This document shows, in pieces, positions 40,814 through 54,594 of a DNA stretch of 64,000 bases. The notes beneath the pieces were generated by a model. That model had not been told where the DNA came from, ran no database searches, and worked only from the letters and a program-made list of their open reading frames with translations. The stretch is from Eledone cirrhosa. Its lineage: Eukaryota. The stretch spans positions 10,292,001 through 10,356,000 of the forward strand of contig OZ024754.1 of NCBI GenBank assembly GCA_964016885.1. The letters run 5' to 3'. The position numbers and the translations under genes were made by a program. Positions within the stretch are counted from its first letter, which is position 1; every line of letters starts with the position of its first letter.

Positions 40814-40909
40814 GCAGGAATATATAATGGGAGGTGGGGTGGCAGTAGGTTTTCAATGGGGAAAAAAAAAAGGATTTTAACATTAGAAAATTAGGAAATG
40901 CAGATGTGT

Positions 40910-40993
<84 letters not shown>

Positions 40994-41072
40994 AATATTA
41001 ATATAAATAATACAAGGATGATTCGTTAAGCCTTCATTACGTCTATATACATAATACTTGTGTATATATATG

Positions 41073-41105
<33 letters not shown>

Positions 41106-41112
41106 ATATATA

Positions 41113-41166
<54 letters not shown>

Positions 41167-41202
41167 TATATATATGTGTGTGTGTATATATATGTGTATG
41201 TG

Positions 41203-41235
<33 letters not shown>

Positions 41236-41268
41236 GTGTATATATATGTGTGTATATATATGTGTCTG

Positions 41269-41299
<31 letters not shown>

Positions 41300-41431
41300 A
41301 TATATATATGTGTGTGTATATAAATATATATATGTGTATATATATGTGTCTGTGTATATAAATATATATATGTGTATATATATGTGTCTGTGTATATATA
41401 TATGTATATATATATATGTGTGTGTGTGTAT

Positions 41432-41492
<61 letters not shown>

Positions 41493-41498
41493 GTGGAC

Positions 41499-41543
<45 letters not shown>

Positions 41544-41545
41544 TC
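40385..41545. repeat. (CA)n, (TG)n and (TA)n compound microsatellites
   Basis: Direct reading. Confidence 0.95.
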
Positions 41546-41704
41546 TTTTCAAAGGTTTTTCTAAAGGTTTTAATAAATGTTGTTCACTTCTTTTTGTTAA
41601 TTTAATAACTGCAGGCTACAGTTAAGAATGTCAAAGAAGATTTAGGCAATAATAAGGCAGAGAGATGGGCTGAGATAGTTGGGAACAAAAACACAATATA
41701 CCAC

Positions 41705-41735
<31 letters not shown>

Positions 41736-41863
41736 ATAATATATATATATATATAATATATATATATTTTATATATTATATATATTATATATAATATATA
41801 TATATTATATATAATATATATATATTATATATATATATATTATATATAATATATATATATTAT

Positions 41864-41915
<52 letters not shown>

Positions 41916-42025
41916 ATATTATATATATATTATATATATATATATTATATATATATTATATATATATTATATATATATATATTATATATATATTATATAT
42001 ATATATATTATATATATATTATATA

Positions 42026-42111
<86 letters not shown>

Positions 42112-42151
42112 ATATTATATATATATATATTATATATATATATATTATATA

Positions 42152-42184
<33 letters not shown>

Positions 42185-42186
42185 AT
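41705..42186. repeat. Pure A/T tract of about 480 bp, (TA)n with TT/AA slips
   Basis: Direct reading. Confidence 0.97.
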
Positions 42187-42356
42187 TGTTTCTACTTTTG
42201 GCACAAGGCCAGCAATTACCCAGTGCATTACTGGTACTTTATTTTATCGACCCCGTAAGGATGAAAGGCAAAGTTAACCTCGGCAGGATTTGAACTCATA
42301 ATGGCAAGGACCGGAACTCTATGCGTCGAAGCATGGCGTCCGACCCTCTACCGATA
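42183..42356 (-). mobile_element. Nin/Deu-like SINE, short subtype
   Basis: Family match. Confidence 0.9.
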
Positions 42357-42428
42357 TAGATATATATAATGATTATATATATATAATGATTATATATATA
42401 TATATAATGATTATATATATAGAGAGAG

Positions 42429-42487
<59 letters not shown>

Positions 42488-42488
42488 C

Positions 42489-42527
<39 letters not shown>

Positions 42528-42946
42528 GGGGTGGATTGACAGGGGCTACGTGCATACAAATCTTTTACATGATATATATTAATTCAATTCATGTCTCCAT
42601 GTCTTTCAAGACTTCCGGTGTTGTGTTCTCTACTTGTCTGAGTGTAGTTCATCTATTATTTCCCCCCTCATTCCAGATCTCTTCTTTGGAACCCATTCAG
42701 TCGTACACCGGACTTACCCATCACATCAGATATTTGCACAGACCTCTCTCAACAAATTAATTTCATGTTTCAAAAAAATAAGAATCCAAATACATTTCTA
42801 CAATCCTACATCTATCTTTCATTAAATATCACTTTCTTTCCGAGTCACACCTACCGTCAATAATAAAAGCTATTTCAGGATTGTCTTCAGAAATTTCTCC
42901 TCTAGAATTTCATGCTTATGTATGTGTGTGTGTGTCTGTGTGTATG

Positions 42947-42984
<38 letters not shown>

Positions 42985-43144
42985 CACACACACAGCTTTG
43001 ATGATAGAGTATGGTTAAAATAGTACACAGGGTGAGTCATAAGTAACAGGAGAATCCAACATATATATTCTAAATGATAATATTTAACAAACTTCTGGTC
43101 ATACGCTATGGAAGAAGAGAACAAGAAGACAAAGTCAAATAGAG

Positions 43145-43492
43145 ATGTGAGAGTGTGTTGAGTGTGAGACTTGTGTGTGTTGAGTGACTGTGTGTTGAGT
43201 GAGTGTGTGTTGAGTGAGTGTGTGTTGAGTGAGTGTGTGTTGTGTGAGTGTGTGTGTTGAGTGAGTGTGTGTGTTGAGTGAGTGTGTGTTGTGTGAGTGT
43301 GTGTGTTGAGTGAGTGTGTGTTGTGTGAGTGTGTGTGTTGAGTGAGTGTGTGTTGAGTGAGTGTGTGTTGAGTGAGTGAGTGTTGAGTGAGTGTGTGTGT
43401 TGTGTGAGTGTGTGTGTTGAGTGAGTGTGTGTGAGTGTGTGTGTTGAGTGAGTGTGTGTGTTGAGTGAGTGTGTGTGTTGAGTGAGTGTGTG
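43145..43492. repeat. GTTGAGTGAGT(GT)n composite repeat
   Basis: Direct reading. Confidence 0.9.
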
Positions 43493-43667
43493 GAAGTCAA
43501 ATAGAGATGAGAGTGCACTCAATAGTGTGTTGTTTGGTAAGCCACAGAGAAGGGAGTGGGGGAGGGAGAAATGAACAAGTAAACTTATTGAAAAGACAAC
43601 AGATTAAGGATGTTTAGCAAATTATTTACAGCAAATAATTAGAAGAGCTTAAATACAATAGAACAAA

Positions 43668-43915
43668 ACAAGGTAGACTTGTTAAAGAGATCCTTTGACA
43701 AAACGAAGTAGATTTGTTAACATGTTAATAAAGAGATCCCTCTGACAGGGTAGACTTGTTAATAAAGAGACCCCTTTGACGAAAGGTAGATTTGTTAAGA
43801 CATCCTTTGACGAAAGGTAGATTTGTTAAGGGATCCTTTGACAAAAAAAGACTTGTTAATAAAGAGATCCTTTGGCAAAACAAGGTGGTCTTGTTAATAA
43901 AGAGATCCTTTTGCT
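43668..43915. repeat. Degenerate 30-40 bp repeat (GGTAGAYTTGTTAA..GAGATCCTTTGAC), about 7 copies
   Basis: Direct reading. Confidence 0.8.
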
Positions 43916-43997
43916 AAAGAAAACAAAAGAAACATACATTAAATTATTTCCATTGGATTTCGATTTTATTGTTGTATTGGCCCCAGATTAATTCTAG

Positions 43998-44224
43998 TTA
44001 ACCCTTTAACATTTACATTACTCTATATATACTATTGTATTTTCACGATAAACACTTTATCTCACATAAATATTTCACATAATATCAAATCTATGGGATG
44101 TTGATATTTATTTTAAGAACAATTACCTTAACGTCAGTGTGAGTGGCCAGTTATGGCCAGTTTCTACAGAAAAAGATGAGAGAATTCTGGCCAGATATGG
44201 CCAGTTTAAATGCTGAGGGGTTAA
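43998..44224 (-). mobile_element. piggyBac-type MITE
   Basis: TTAACCCTTTAACATTTA ... TAAATGCTGAGGGGTTAA; reverse orientation of 7893 and 21292. Confidence 0.8.
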
Positions 44225-44489
44225 GCAGATTCATATACAGGGTGACCACAAAAAACCTTCCTTGACTTCAAATACTTGAAATATCAAGACTTAAATGAAA
44301 TATTCTTACAATATTGGTGGCTACAGTTCCATAAACTAACTAAGTTTCTTTCCTCATTTGAAGAACTGACTCAATCTGTTAGATGGCAGTGTCATTCAAG
44401 ATGGCGGTCACTCCACAATAACGAAGCTGGTGTGGTTTGGATATGGTGGAGGAAGTGGAGGTAAAGGAGGAATAAGGGGTTGTGGCCTT

Positions 44490-44970
44490 GGTGATTTTAG
44501 TTATGGTTCCTTTGGTAGTAGTGGTGGCATAGGGAGAGTAGAAGGGGTCTTGGTGGCTTTAGTTATGGTTCTTTTGGCAGTGGTGGTGGAGGTCGTGGTG
44601 GTTTTAGTTATGGTTCTTTTGGTAGTGGTGGTGGTGAAGGTCGTGGTGGTGGTGGTGGTGGTGGAGGTGGTGGTGGTTTTAGTTATGGTTCTTTTGGTAG
44701 TGGTGGTGGTGGAGGTGGTGGTGGTGGTGGTTTTAGTTATGGTTCTTTTAGTAGTGGTGGTGGAGGTGGTGGTGGTGGAGGTCGTTGAGGTGGTGGTGGT
44801 GGTGGTGGTGGTGGTGGTCATGGTGGTTTTAGTTATGGTTCTTTTGGCAGTGGTGGTCTTGGTGGTGGTTTTAGCTATTATATTTTTGGTAGTAGTAGGA
44901 GTGGGGGAATAAGAGAGGGAGATTTTAGTGGGTTTTAGTTATGGTTCTTTTGGTAATAGTGGTGGTGGTG
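44490..44970. repeat. TTTTAGTTATGGTTCTTTTGG plus variable (GGT)n composite repeat
   Basis: Direct reading. Confidence 0.9.
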
Positions 44971-45636
44971 GTGATAGTGGAGGAGGAAGAAAGGGTGGTG
45001 GCCTTGGTGGTTTTGGTAGTGGTAGTAATTTCCTGCTGGCACAATGCCATACAAAGTATGTGAGGTCCATTAAACAGACTATATCTTTTCCCAGAGGTAT
45101 ATAAGTCAATTCAGACAACCCCCAGTATTTGACTATAAAGTAAACTCTGGCAGGATTTAAACAGAAAACAGTCAGGTAATTATGATCCAGGAGGACACCA
45201 AGGGGGCATTAAACATAACAGTACCAAAAAAATAGAATGCAATATATAATATTTATGAGAAAAGAAAACTAAAAACAAAATGGAGTTATGTAGAATCAAA
45301 GTTTAAATCGGTTTTGTGGCAAAGAAGAAGCTGTATAATGATGAAGAGGAAGGAGATGACATTGATAAAGTGTTTATGTGTGTGTCTTTCTTCAAACAAC
45401 TTCCGCCCTTTTTTCTATTGTAATGTGCTGTCTTAAACTGATACTACAACACTCACTATTAAAGTACTAAATACTAGCAGTAGGTTATCATAGGGAATTT
45501 ACCACTATAAAGGAGGAAACAAAACAATGAAAATGCTTGAAGATAAATACCTATATATACACACACACACACACACACACAAGCATTAACCAATTAAATA
45601 CTTTCCATTATCGTTCTTTGTTTATTTTAGATCTAA

Positions 45637-45677
<41 letters not shown>

Positions 45678-45678
<1 letters not shown>

Positions 45679-46207
45679 TATATAATATTTTGAGAATAGG
45701 CTCTCAGTCCTTTACAATAATTAAGCTCCAGGAAAGGGGCATTTCCGAGCAGTTAAATACATTAAAATATATGATAAACACAAAACGTGTTTGCATTGCA
45801 ACAGACAGTCAGCTATTAATGAAATAAACTAATTAAAGTGAATACAATTTGTCTGTCTCGATATAAGTCAATAAAGACAAGCTTATATTGGCAACTGCCA
45901 TGATTCCTGGACAGATTTAAATTTCAAAATCCAAACCTGTTCTGTAGACGAATTTGAACCTCGAAACCTAAATCTGTTTCGCAATGGTGGTATGTGAATT
46001 AGGTTTCGAGGTTCAAATTCGTCTACAGAACAGGTTTGGATTTTGAAATTTAAATCTGTCCTGGAATCATGGCCTTTGCCAATATAAGCTTGTCTTTATT
46101 GACTTATATCGAGACAGACAAATTGTATTCACTTTAATTAGTTTATTTCATTAATAGCTGACTGTCTGTTGCAATGCAAACACGTTTTGTGTTTATCACA
46201 TATTTTA

Positions 46208-46213
<6 letters not shown>
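45678..46213. mobile_element. Fold-back element in (TA)n: 215-bp inverted arms, 27-bp loop, one-sided tail (probable truncated PLE)
   Basis: Arms 45757-45971 and 45999-46213 with about 4 mismatches; tail 45678-45756. Confidence 0.7.
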
Positions 46214-46274
<61 letters not shown>

Positions 46275-46374
46275 TATATATATATACCTTATTGAGTGCT
46301 TTGCTGCTCATTCCTAATTGCATGTTGTTAGCTTGGCCACAGCCAAATCTTCGATTTTACTAAGCTTCCACTTG

Positions 46375-46434
<60 letters not shown>

Positions 46435-46437
46435 CAC

Positions 46438-46561
46438 ATGTTTAGCCCCGGTTCAATCGGGGGTAACCACAGTAAGTAAGGTCTCAATACAGAAATGGCT
46501 TCTACAGGACTAGAACTGTTTCATTCGGGAGAAATGAAACAGTTCTAGTCCTGTAGAAGCC

Positions 46562-46565
<4 letters not shown>
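46438..46565 (-). mobile_element. Short fold-back PLE-type insertion (33-bp arms plus tail)
   Basis: Arms 46493-46525 and 46533-46565; same family as 54594-54796. Confidence 0.75.
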
Positions 46566-46594
<29 letters not shown>

Positions 46595-46599
<5 letters not shown>

Positions 46600-46882
46600 G
46601 TGCCACAACATCCATGCCGAAACAAATGAGATCGTGTAGGTGTCACGACAGAAAACACACAGTCCACGCTGTAATGTGGCCGTGTAGGCAACACGGTAAA
46701 AACCTCCCAGACCCACACTGTAAATGTGGTTGGTGTTAGGAAGGGCATCCAACTGTAGAAAACCTGCCAGACAGTCCTATGCGAGCAAGACAACCACTCT
46801 TGCCTCAAGTGGGAAAACTCCCGTCCAAACCCAAGCAAGCGTGGAACATGGACGTTAGATGATGATGATGATGATGATGATG
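46595..46882 (+). mobile_element. SINE 3' portion with (GAT)n tail
   Basis: Near-identical to the reverse complement of 22343-22733 minus the duplication. Confidence 0.8.
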
Positions 46883-46893
46883 ATATACATATA

Positions 46894-47108
46894 TACAATA
46901 TTGACAAATGGAAACTATATTTATAAAACCATATTTATTTCATTATACATATTTCCTTGAAATACGTATAATGAAATAAATATGGTTTTATAAATATAGT
47001 TTCCATTTGTCAATATCGTATTTTTACTCCAATTATTTGTTGAGTGCTTTATATCAGTTATAAAAATATTTGCTTGTTGTATCCCAACAATTTAAATAGA
47101 ACTTTTGC
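46894..47108 (+). mobile_element. Fold-back PLE-type insertion (62-bp arms plus tail)
   Basis: Arms 46894-46955 and 46959-47020; tail homologous to 54481-54562. Confidence 0.75.
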
Positions 47109-47139
<31 letters not shown>

Positions 47140-47145
47140 CATATA

Positions 47146-47205
<60 letters not shown>

Positions 47206-47277
47206 TAAATATATACATATATATATATATATATATAAATATATACATATATATATATATATATATAAATATATACA

Positions 47278-47315
<38 letters not shown>

Positions 47316-47325
47316 AATATATACA

Positions 47326-47439
<114 letters not shown>

Positions 47440-47478
47440 CATATATACATATATATACATATATACATATATATATAC

Positions 47479-47529
<51 letters not shown>

Positions 47530-47794
47530 CATAGCGGCGATGAATTAGTTTTGCGAGGTTTTTTATATGAAATCGTGTGTCGAAACAGATATTGTTATAT
47601 TTGGGGAGGGTCATATTTGCGTAATATTGCCAGAATTAATAACAGAACACACTCACTGTTTGGTTGGTTTTCGCTTCTCGCTGTCTTTTATATATATATA
47701 TCTGCGATCTAACTTACTCGGTCCTCAATGTTGCCATTGACTGACCGGCGGTCAAAAATAATACAGATACAATATAGACAAACACATATATATA

Positions 47795-47848
47795 TAGTTT
47801 ACATAAATCTTTCGTTGCACATCTGCAACATCGTCAGTGGTGTTATAT
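47795..47848 (-). ncRNA. Minimal type I hammerhead ribozyme in PLE 3' UTR
   Basis: Minus: CUGACGA u guugca-gaug-ugcaac GAAA gauUUA ug; perfect 6-bp stem II, minimal stem III, weak stem I. Confidence 0.65.
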
Positions 47849-48110
47849 TCATTGTTCCTCCTGTTGTGTTGTATGTCTACGCCATTTTTTTTTGTTCAGT
47901 CTGTCTATATATTTATTTATTTATTTGCTTGTTTGTTTATCTTATTTTATTTTGTCTTCTTTGCGCATGCGTTTGCGTGTGTGTATAGTGTTATGTGTGA
48001 TGTGTGACTAGTGTGTATAGTGTTGTGTCTGCTGGGTGACTAGTGTGTGTTTATGTGCTTGTGTATGTATTTATTTATCTTATTTTATTTTATTTAATTT
48101 ACTTATTTAT

Positions 48111-49396
48111 TTATACTTCTCTTAGGTCAGTGTTGTTTGTTTGGGTGTTGTTGTTGTTCCACTCATTCTTTCTGTTTAGCTTTGGTCTTCTAATTTCTAT
48201 TTCACTGGCCTCTCTGATTTGCCTATCTGCTGGGTCATTCCTATGTTTAGATATTATTCTAATTTCTATGTTGTCTATGTTACCGTCATGATGTTGTCTA
48301 GCATGTTCGTATAGTACTGACCCGTTTTTTCGTCCTTTTAGTTCCCCCCAGTGTTGGTCTATCCTTTCACCTATGCTACGAGCTGTCTCACCTATGTATG
48401 TTGTTGTCGTGTTTCTGCAAGTACCCTCTGTACATCTTATGCTATAGACTACGTTTCTAGTTTTACAGTTTATCCGGGGGTTCACCTTACATATGATACA
48501 TTTCCTATTGGTACAGTGGGTTTTCTTAAAAGGGTAGGTTTTGCTGATCAGGGATTTTATGGTGGTTCCTGGCTTTTCTACCACCTTTATTTTTAAGTGG
48601 GTCTTTCTCAGGGCCTTTCTACACTGGTTAGCTAATTTCCCTCCAGGGGTGGCGTCCACAAACATGACACTCTGATATCTCTGGTTGTCGTACCATGATG
48701 TGGCCTTCCCTATCTTATGTCTAGCCCTATCTAAGCTATTCCATGATTTGCTCCTGTATAGTGGGCAAATTCCTTTCATGTCCAGTTCTATGAGGGTCTT
48801 ATACTTTTCCATGGCTCCTTCGTATACTCTGACTCTGTCTCTTTGGTTGTAGCCAGAGAACTGCATGCGGTTGATGAAGTGTTGGATGTGTCCTTCCATT
48901 TCTGTTGGGTCGCACATGCTGGACACATTCTTCATCACTCGTACCAAATCTGCGATCAGAATATTAAACTTAGCACTACTGGACATTGCTGAGTTTTTGA
49001 GTATCAGGTATTTGGAGGCCATGGGTTTAGCATAGTGTGAGTGGAGAATTTGGGCTCTCTCGTCTATAGTGTTAATCCAGAGTTCTGTGTCTAATACAGG
49101 TAGTCTATTGTTAGGGTGTTTGGAAGGGAAGTCTATAGTTACAGTTATACTCTGGTGTATGGAATTAGCTATCTGCTGGATGCTTTCCATCGTGCTACGT
49201 TCTAAATCAAACTTGTTAGTGCTCTCTAGTGGGGGTGTTCTTATAACTATATTGATATCGTCTACATAACGAGAGTACATGATGAGGTCTATGGAGCTTT
49301 CATTAAGGAGATCTTTAAGTCTCCTTTCCCACCATACCATGAAAAGGTTGGCAACATCGCCAGCTATGCTGACGCCGATGGCTGCTCCCTCATTTT
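48111..49396 (-). CDS. PLE reverse transcriptase (C-terminal half) plus GIY-YIG endonuclease, N-terminally truncated
   Basis: EGAAIG, YSRYVDD, LPVLD, HYAKP, MQFSGY, CxxxxCxxC linker, NVVYSIRC...YIGETAR.IGERIDQH, HARQHH, RQIREA...LN; no stops; the first ~25 aa of the tracked ORF come from the inverted pLTR. Confidence 0.92.
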
Positions 49397-49606
49397 TGTA
49401 AACTATATATATATGTGTTTGTCTATATTGTATCTGTATTATTTTTGACCGCCGGTCAGTCAATGGCAACATTGAGGACCGAGTAAGTTAGATCGCAGAT
49501 ATATATATATAAAAGACAGCGAGAAGCGAAAACCAACCAAACAGTGAGTGTGTTCTGTTATTAATTCTGGCAATATTACGCAAATATGACCCTCCCCAAA
49601 TATAAC

Positions 49607-49757
49607 TATATATATACATATATACATATATACATATATATATATATACATATATACATATATATATACATATATATACATACATACATACATATATACA
49701 TACACACACATATATATATACTCATATACATACATATAAATATATATATATATATAT

Positions 49758-49788
<31 letters not shown>

Positions 49789-49825
49789 CATACACACACA
49801 TATATATATATACTCATATACATAC

Positions 49826-49866
<41 letters not shown>

Positions 49867-49905
49867 CATACATACATACACACACATATATATATATACA
49901 TACAT

Positions 49906-49939
<34 letters not shown>

Positions 49940-50104
49940 ACATACACACACATATATATATACATACATACACACACATATATATATACATACATACATA
50001 CATATATATATATATATACATACACACACACATATATATATACATACACATATATATATACATACATACACATACATACATACATACATACATACATACA
50101 TACA

Positions 50105-50137
<33 letters not shown>

Positions 50138-51070
50138 GTAGGGCACAAGTGGAACTTCAGAGTAATAAAGCCCATCACTTGGCCATTAAATGAATATTCA
50201 AACTATTTTGTATTGAGTACTTTGTCTCACTTCTGTCAATAATATAGTTATGTACGTGCATGTACACACACATATACAAATATAAATACACACATGCACA
50301 AATACATACAAATATATATACGTCTGTAATATATAGATTTTAAGTCCTTTTATTTTTACTTCATTATGTATGTATATATGTATGTAAGTGTGTATGTATG
50401 TCTGTATGTATGTATGCATGTGTGTGTGTGTATGTGTATCTATGCATGTATGTATATATATGTATGTATATGTATGTATGTATGTATGTCTATATCAATG
50501 TATATATGTATGTATGTTTATATCTATGTATATATGTATGTATGTTTATATGTATGCATATATATGTATGTATGTAAGTATGTTTATATCTATGTATATA
50601 TGTTTGTATGTTTATATCTATTTATATCTATATATTTATGTATCTATGTATGTATGTGTGTGTGTGTGTGTATCTATGCATGTATGTATATGTGTATGTA
50701 TATATATGTATGTATGTATGTTTATACCTATGTATATATGGATGTATGTTTATATCTATGTATATATGGATGTATGTATATATCCATATATATATGTATG
50801 TATGTTTATATCTATGTATATATGGATGTATGTATATATCCATGTATCTATGTATGTATGTATGTATGTGTGTGTGTGTGTGGTATCTATGCATGTATGT
50901 ATATGTTTACATCTATGTATATATGTATGTATGTTTATATCTATGTATATATATGGATGTATGTTTATATCTATGTATATATATGGATGTATGTATATAT
51001 CTATGTATGTATGTATATATCTATGTATCTATGTATGTGTGTGTATGTATAAATGTATGTATGTGTGTGT
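49607..51070. repeat. (TA/CATA/TATG)n microsatellite fields
   Basis: Direct reading; unique insert at 50138-50365. Confidence 0.9.
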
Positions 51071-51589
51071 GTGTGGGGGGGGGGATAAAGAGTTATCAAT
51101 GTATAGAGCAATCAACAAAGTGATAAAAGTATTTGGAAAGAGATTCTCCTTTCTCCATTTAGAGAGATTAATTTCTAAACAAAAGCAACTGACAATTCTT
51201 GCTAAAGAAACATCTTCTGAGGCAACAGACCCCTTTTATCTTTGGAGTATTGTACTACAGCAGCCATGCTACCTCTGGAGAAATTTGATTGTTGAGAATT
51301 CAGATAGAGGTCACTCAAGTGCAATCGGAATTGGTAACCTTGTAGAACGAAAGCGTTTCATGCACCTTCAATTGTCTTACATCAACTGACAGAAGGATAA
51401 ATCAGTACTGTTCTACAGTTGTTTTATTACAGCTGCCAAGAAACTAATGCTTTTAGCCATCATGTGATTATATGATGAGGAGACGCCATGACAGTGAATA
51501 TGCGACACTAACAGAATACATATCTACCAAAACATCACAGAATATATAGAAGGTTTTAGTATCAAATCATTCAAATTTAATACACTATA

Positions 51590-51815
51590 TCATTATCATC
51601 ACCACCACTATTTAATGTATATTTTACCACATTAGCATGGGTTAGACACGCTGTCCTGTTGTGAGACATGCCAGATCAGGAGATGACCTTGTCTTGCTAG
51701 GTTTCTACAGCTGGATGCCCTTCCTAATGCCAACCCACAGTTAGTGTGGACTGGGTACTTTTTTATTGGGGTTCCAACACAACCACTTTACAGTGTGGGG
51801 CTTTTTATCATGACA
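51590..51815 (-). mobile_element. Decayed SINE (GGATGCCCTTCC family)
   Basis: gtttctacagctggatgcccttcctaatgccaacc. Confidence 0.7.
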
Positions 51816-51991
51816 CAGAGAAGATCAGATACAATTTTGTTGTGTCTTTAAATAAATCACTTCATTTTGTTAACATCAATCTAACAAAAACTGATTAGTT
51901 TGAATGCTTCTACTTAATATCACAGTGAGGAGTGTTCACGTTAGAAGATGTTGTTGATGTAGTTGTTCATGTGTAGCGTGCTGATGGTATT

Positions 51992-52208
51992 AATAACAGT
52001 TTCTAATTTAGGCACAAAGCCAACAATTTGGAAGAAATGGTAAAAGGCAATTAGATAAACTCTAGTACATAACTGGTGCTTTATTTTACCAACATCAGAA
52101 GGATGAAAAGTAAAGTTGACCCTGGCAGGATTTGAACTCGGGATGTACATGCAATGAGCCACAACTAAATACAGCAAAGCAGTTTGTCACTAATGCGTTA
52201 CCAATACT
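51992..52208 (-). mobile_element. Decayed long-subtype Nin/Deu-like SINE
   Basis: ggcacaaagcc...aaggatgaaaagtaaagttgaccctggcaggatttgaactc. Confidence 0.7.
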
Positions 52209-52691
52209 GTTGTATCAATAATGGTAACAGTAGTTTGTTGCACCTTAGAATATATATATTTCAAGAAAAATAATTAAGTCTAATAATATTCTAGTTATAA
52301 ATTTTCAGAGTGAAAAAAAATGAAGAGAAAAAAAAAAGCCAAAATAAAACAACCAGTAAAGACGTAAAATAATTTACCATCAGACAAAGAGAAAGAAAAA
52401 TCTGTAGCCAGAGGGGCAAAAATAAATTATCTTTTAAAAAAATATCACAAACTGAACAAAAATAATTTCCTTTAGTAATATATTTTATCTGTAGCAACCA
52501 TCATAGAATAAACACCAAAAAGAACAAAGCAAAGTCTTAGATGTATATCAAATAAAATCCTTTACATACCCAAACTTTCATATAGTCACTTACTATAATT
52601 CTGAGTTTTTAATTTAAATTCTATCAATACAACAAATAAAATAAAGAAATAATAATAAGATCCTACTATCAAAATAAATTAATGTTAAAAA

Positions 52692-52758
52692 AGAGGAGAG
52701 AGAGAGAGGGAGGGAGAGAGAGAGAATGAGAGAGAAGGAGAGAAAATGCAAGAGATAG

Positions 52759-52790
<32 letters not shown>

Positions 52791-53265
52791 AAGAGAGAGA
52801 GAATGAGAGAGAGAGAAAGAGAGAGTGAGAATGAGAGAGAATGAGAGAGAGAGAGAGAGAATGAGAGAGAGAGAGAGAATGAGAGAGAGAGAGAGAATGA
52901 GAGAGAGAGAGAGAGAATGTGAGAGAGAGAGAGAGAGAATGAGAGAGAGAATGAGAGAGAGAATGAGAGAGAGAATGAGAGAGAGTGAGTGAGTGAGTGA
53001 GTGAGTGAGTGAGTGAGAATGAGAGAGAAAATAATAGAGAGAGAGAGAGAAAGAGAATGAGAGACAGAGAGAGAGAGACAGAGAGAGACAAAGAGAGAGA
53101 GAGACAGAGAGAGAGAGACAGAGAGAACGAGAGAGAGAGAACGAGAGAGAGAGAACGAGAGAGAGAGAACGAGAGAGAGACAGAGAGAGAAAGATAGAGG
53201 GAGGCAGAGAGAGAGAAAGATAGAGGGAGGCAGAGAGAGAGATAAAAAGAGAGAGAGAGAGAGAG
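52692..53265. repeat. (GA)n compound repeat
   Basis: Direct reading. Confidence 0.95.
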
Positions 53266-54152
53266 TGTGTTAGAATAGACCATAGAAAGGTTATCAGTAA
53301 CTTGAAGAGATTAAAGTTGGGGGTAGAAATAAATGAGAAACCAGAGTTTAGTGTATTTAAAAATGGAAAAACTAAAAACAAAATTACTCTGAAGGAACAG
53401 CAGATAACAATTAGTAATTTCATCAAGGTTTTGTTAAATTAATACTGCAATATATTCACATCTAAACATCTTAAAATGAATTTTAATTAATTTCATTTCT
53501 TCAAAAATATAATTAAATAAACTTCAAAATAAAACAAAAATATTTTTTTCTAGTAAATCTAAGATTAACTTTTTCGGAAAAAAAAAATCAGAAAAAAAAA
53601 GAAAAATCGTAATAATTTTTTTTTTAAAAATCAGAAAATTAAAACACACACAAAAAAAAAATAATAATAATAATAAACTGATAAATTTTAATGCGAGACT
53701 GAAACTATTCTGGACATAGAATCATCATTCTCTCATTCTGAAAGAGAGGCTTCTTAGTATGGACTGGGAATATTCCTCTTCCGCTTCCCTACCATTTATT
53801 TTTTTTCCTTCTATACACCGTTTCCAATCATGTCTTGAAATTCCTTACAGTGATCTCTTGCATGAAACAGCAAGATAAGACACAAAGGAAGCAGAAGTAT
53901 CAGAGCATACCATCACACTACGCATAAGTCCCTATCCTCACATCGAAGGACTAAACGAGGGAGTGAGGAATGTGTTGTATGATGTGTACTGTGTCAATGG
54001 CGGAGAGAGTAGTGGTGGGGTGGTGGTGGGGGGACGGGGGGTACTATTGATTGACACACTAGTAACTGTCTTTGAATAGGAATCACCACTAAATTATATG
54101 CTCCATTCATAATTAAAGAATTTCTTGAGAAAAATATGTGCCTGTCTATATA

Positions 54153-54184
<32 letters not shown>

Positions 54185-54191
<7 letters not shown>

Positions 54192-54560
54192 GATATTAAA
54201 CAAATGGAAACCACATTTACAAAACCATATCCATTTCATTATACATATTTCAGGGATATCATATTAACAATATGCTATGCCTTCCTCACTGCCAATTCAA
54301 CTTTTCAAATACAAGTCGATGTTGTACGGTATGTCAAATCTATTTATCTATAAAACTGTTTATATTGTATTTTGTCTGAGGAAGGCATAGCATATTGTTA
54401 ATATGATATCCCTGAAATATGTATAATGAAATGGATATGGTTTTGTAAATGTGGTTTCCATTTGTTTAATATCGTATATATACTCCAAATACTTGTCGAG
54501 TGCTTTTATATCAGTTATAAATATTTACTCGTTGTAACCCAACAATTTAAATATAACTTT

Positions 54561-54562
<2 letters not shown>
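54185..54562 (+). mobile_element. Fold-back PLE-type insertion (arms of about 104 bp, 88-bp spacer, tail)
   Basis: Arms 54185-54288 and 54377-54480; (TA)n flanks; same family as 46894. Confidence 0.8.
54369..54432 (+). ncRNA. Minimal type I hammerhead ribozyme
   Basis: auuuugu CUGAGGA agg...ccu GAAA uaugua UA augaaau; 7-bp stem I with wobbles, long stem II, near-palindromic stem III (perfect AUACGUAU in the 46962 copy). Confidence 0.65.

Positions 54563-54593
<31 letters not shown>

Positions 54594-54594
<1 letters not shown>

Larger units (their letters stand above)
47533..49606 (-). mobile_element. Penelope-like retroelement, 5'-truncated, with inverted pLTR
   Basis: RT + GIY-YIG ORF; 210-bp inverted repeat 47594-47803 / 49397-49606; unduplicated tail 47533-47593; embedded in (TA)n. 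Confidence 0.93.

Noticed and set aside
42590-42760. Possible RTE C-terminal relic on minus
   Set aside because: Similarity (TEWVPK) too weak to support by eye
45935-45975. CUGUAGA...GAAAC hammerhead-like motif
   Set aside because: Core A6 is replaced, helices are unconvincing, and it is antisense to the inferred element orientation
47728-47988. 86-aa ORF sharing an N-terminus with the PLE ORF
   Set aside because: Shared start is simply the 210-bp inverted repeat
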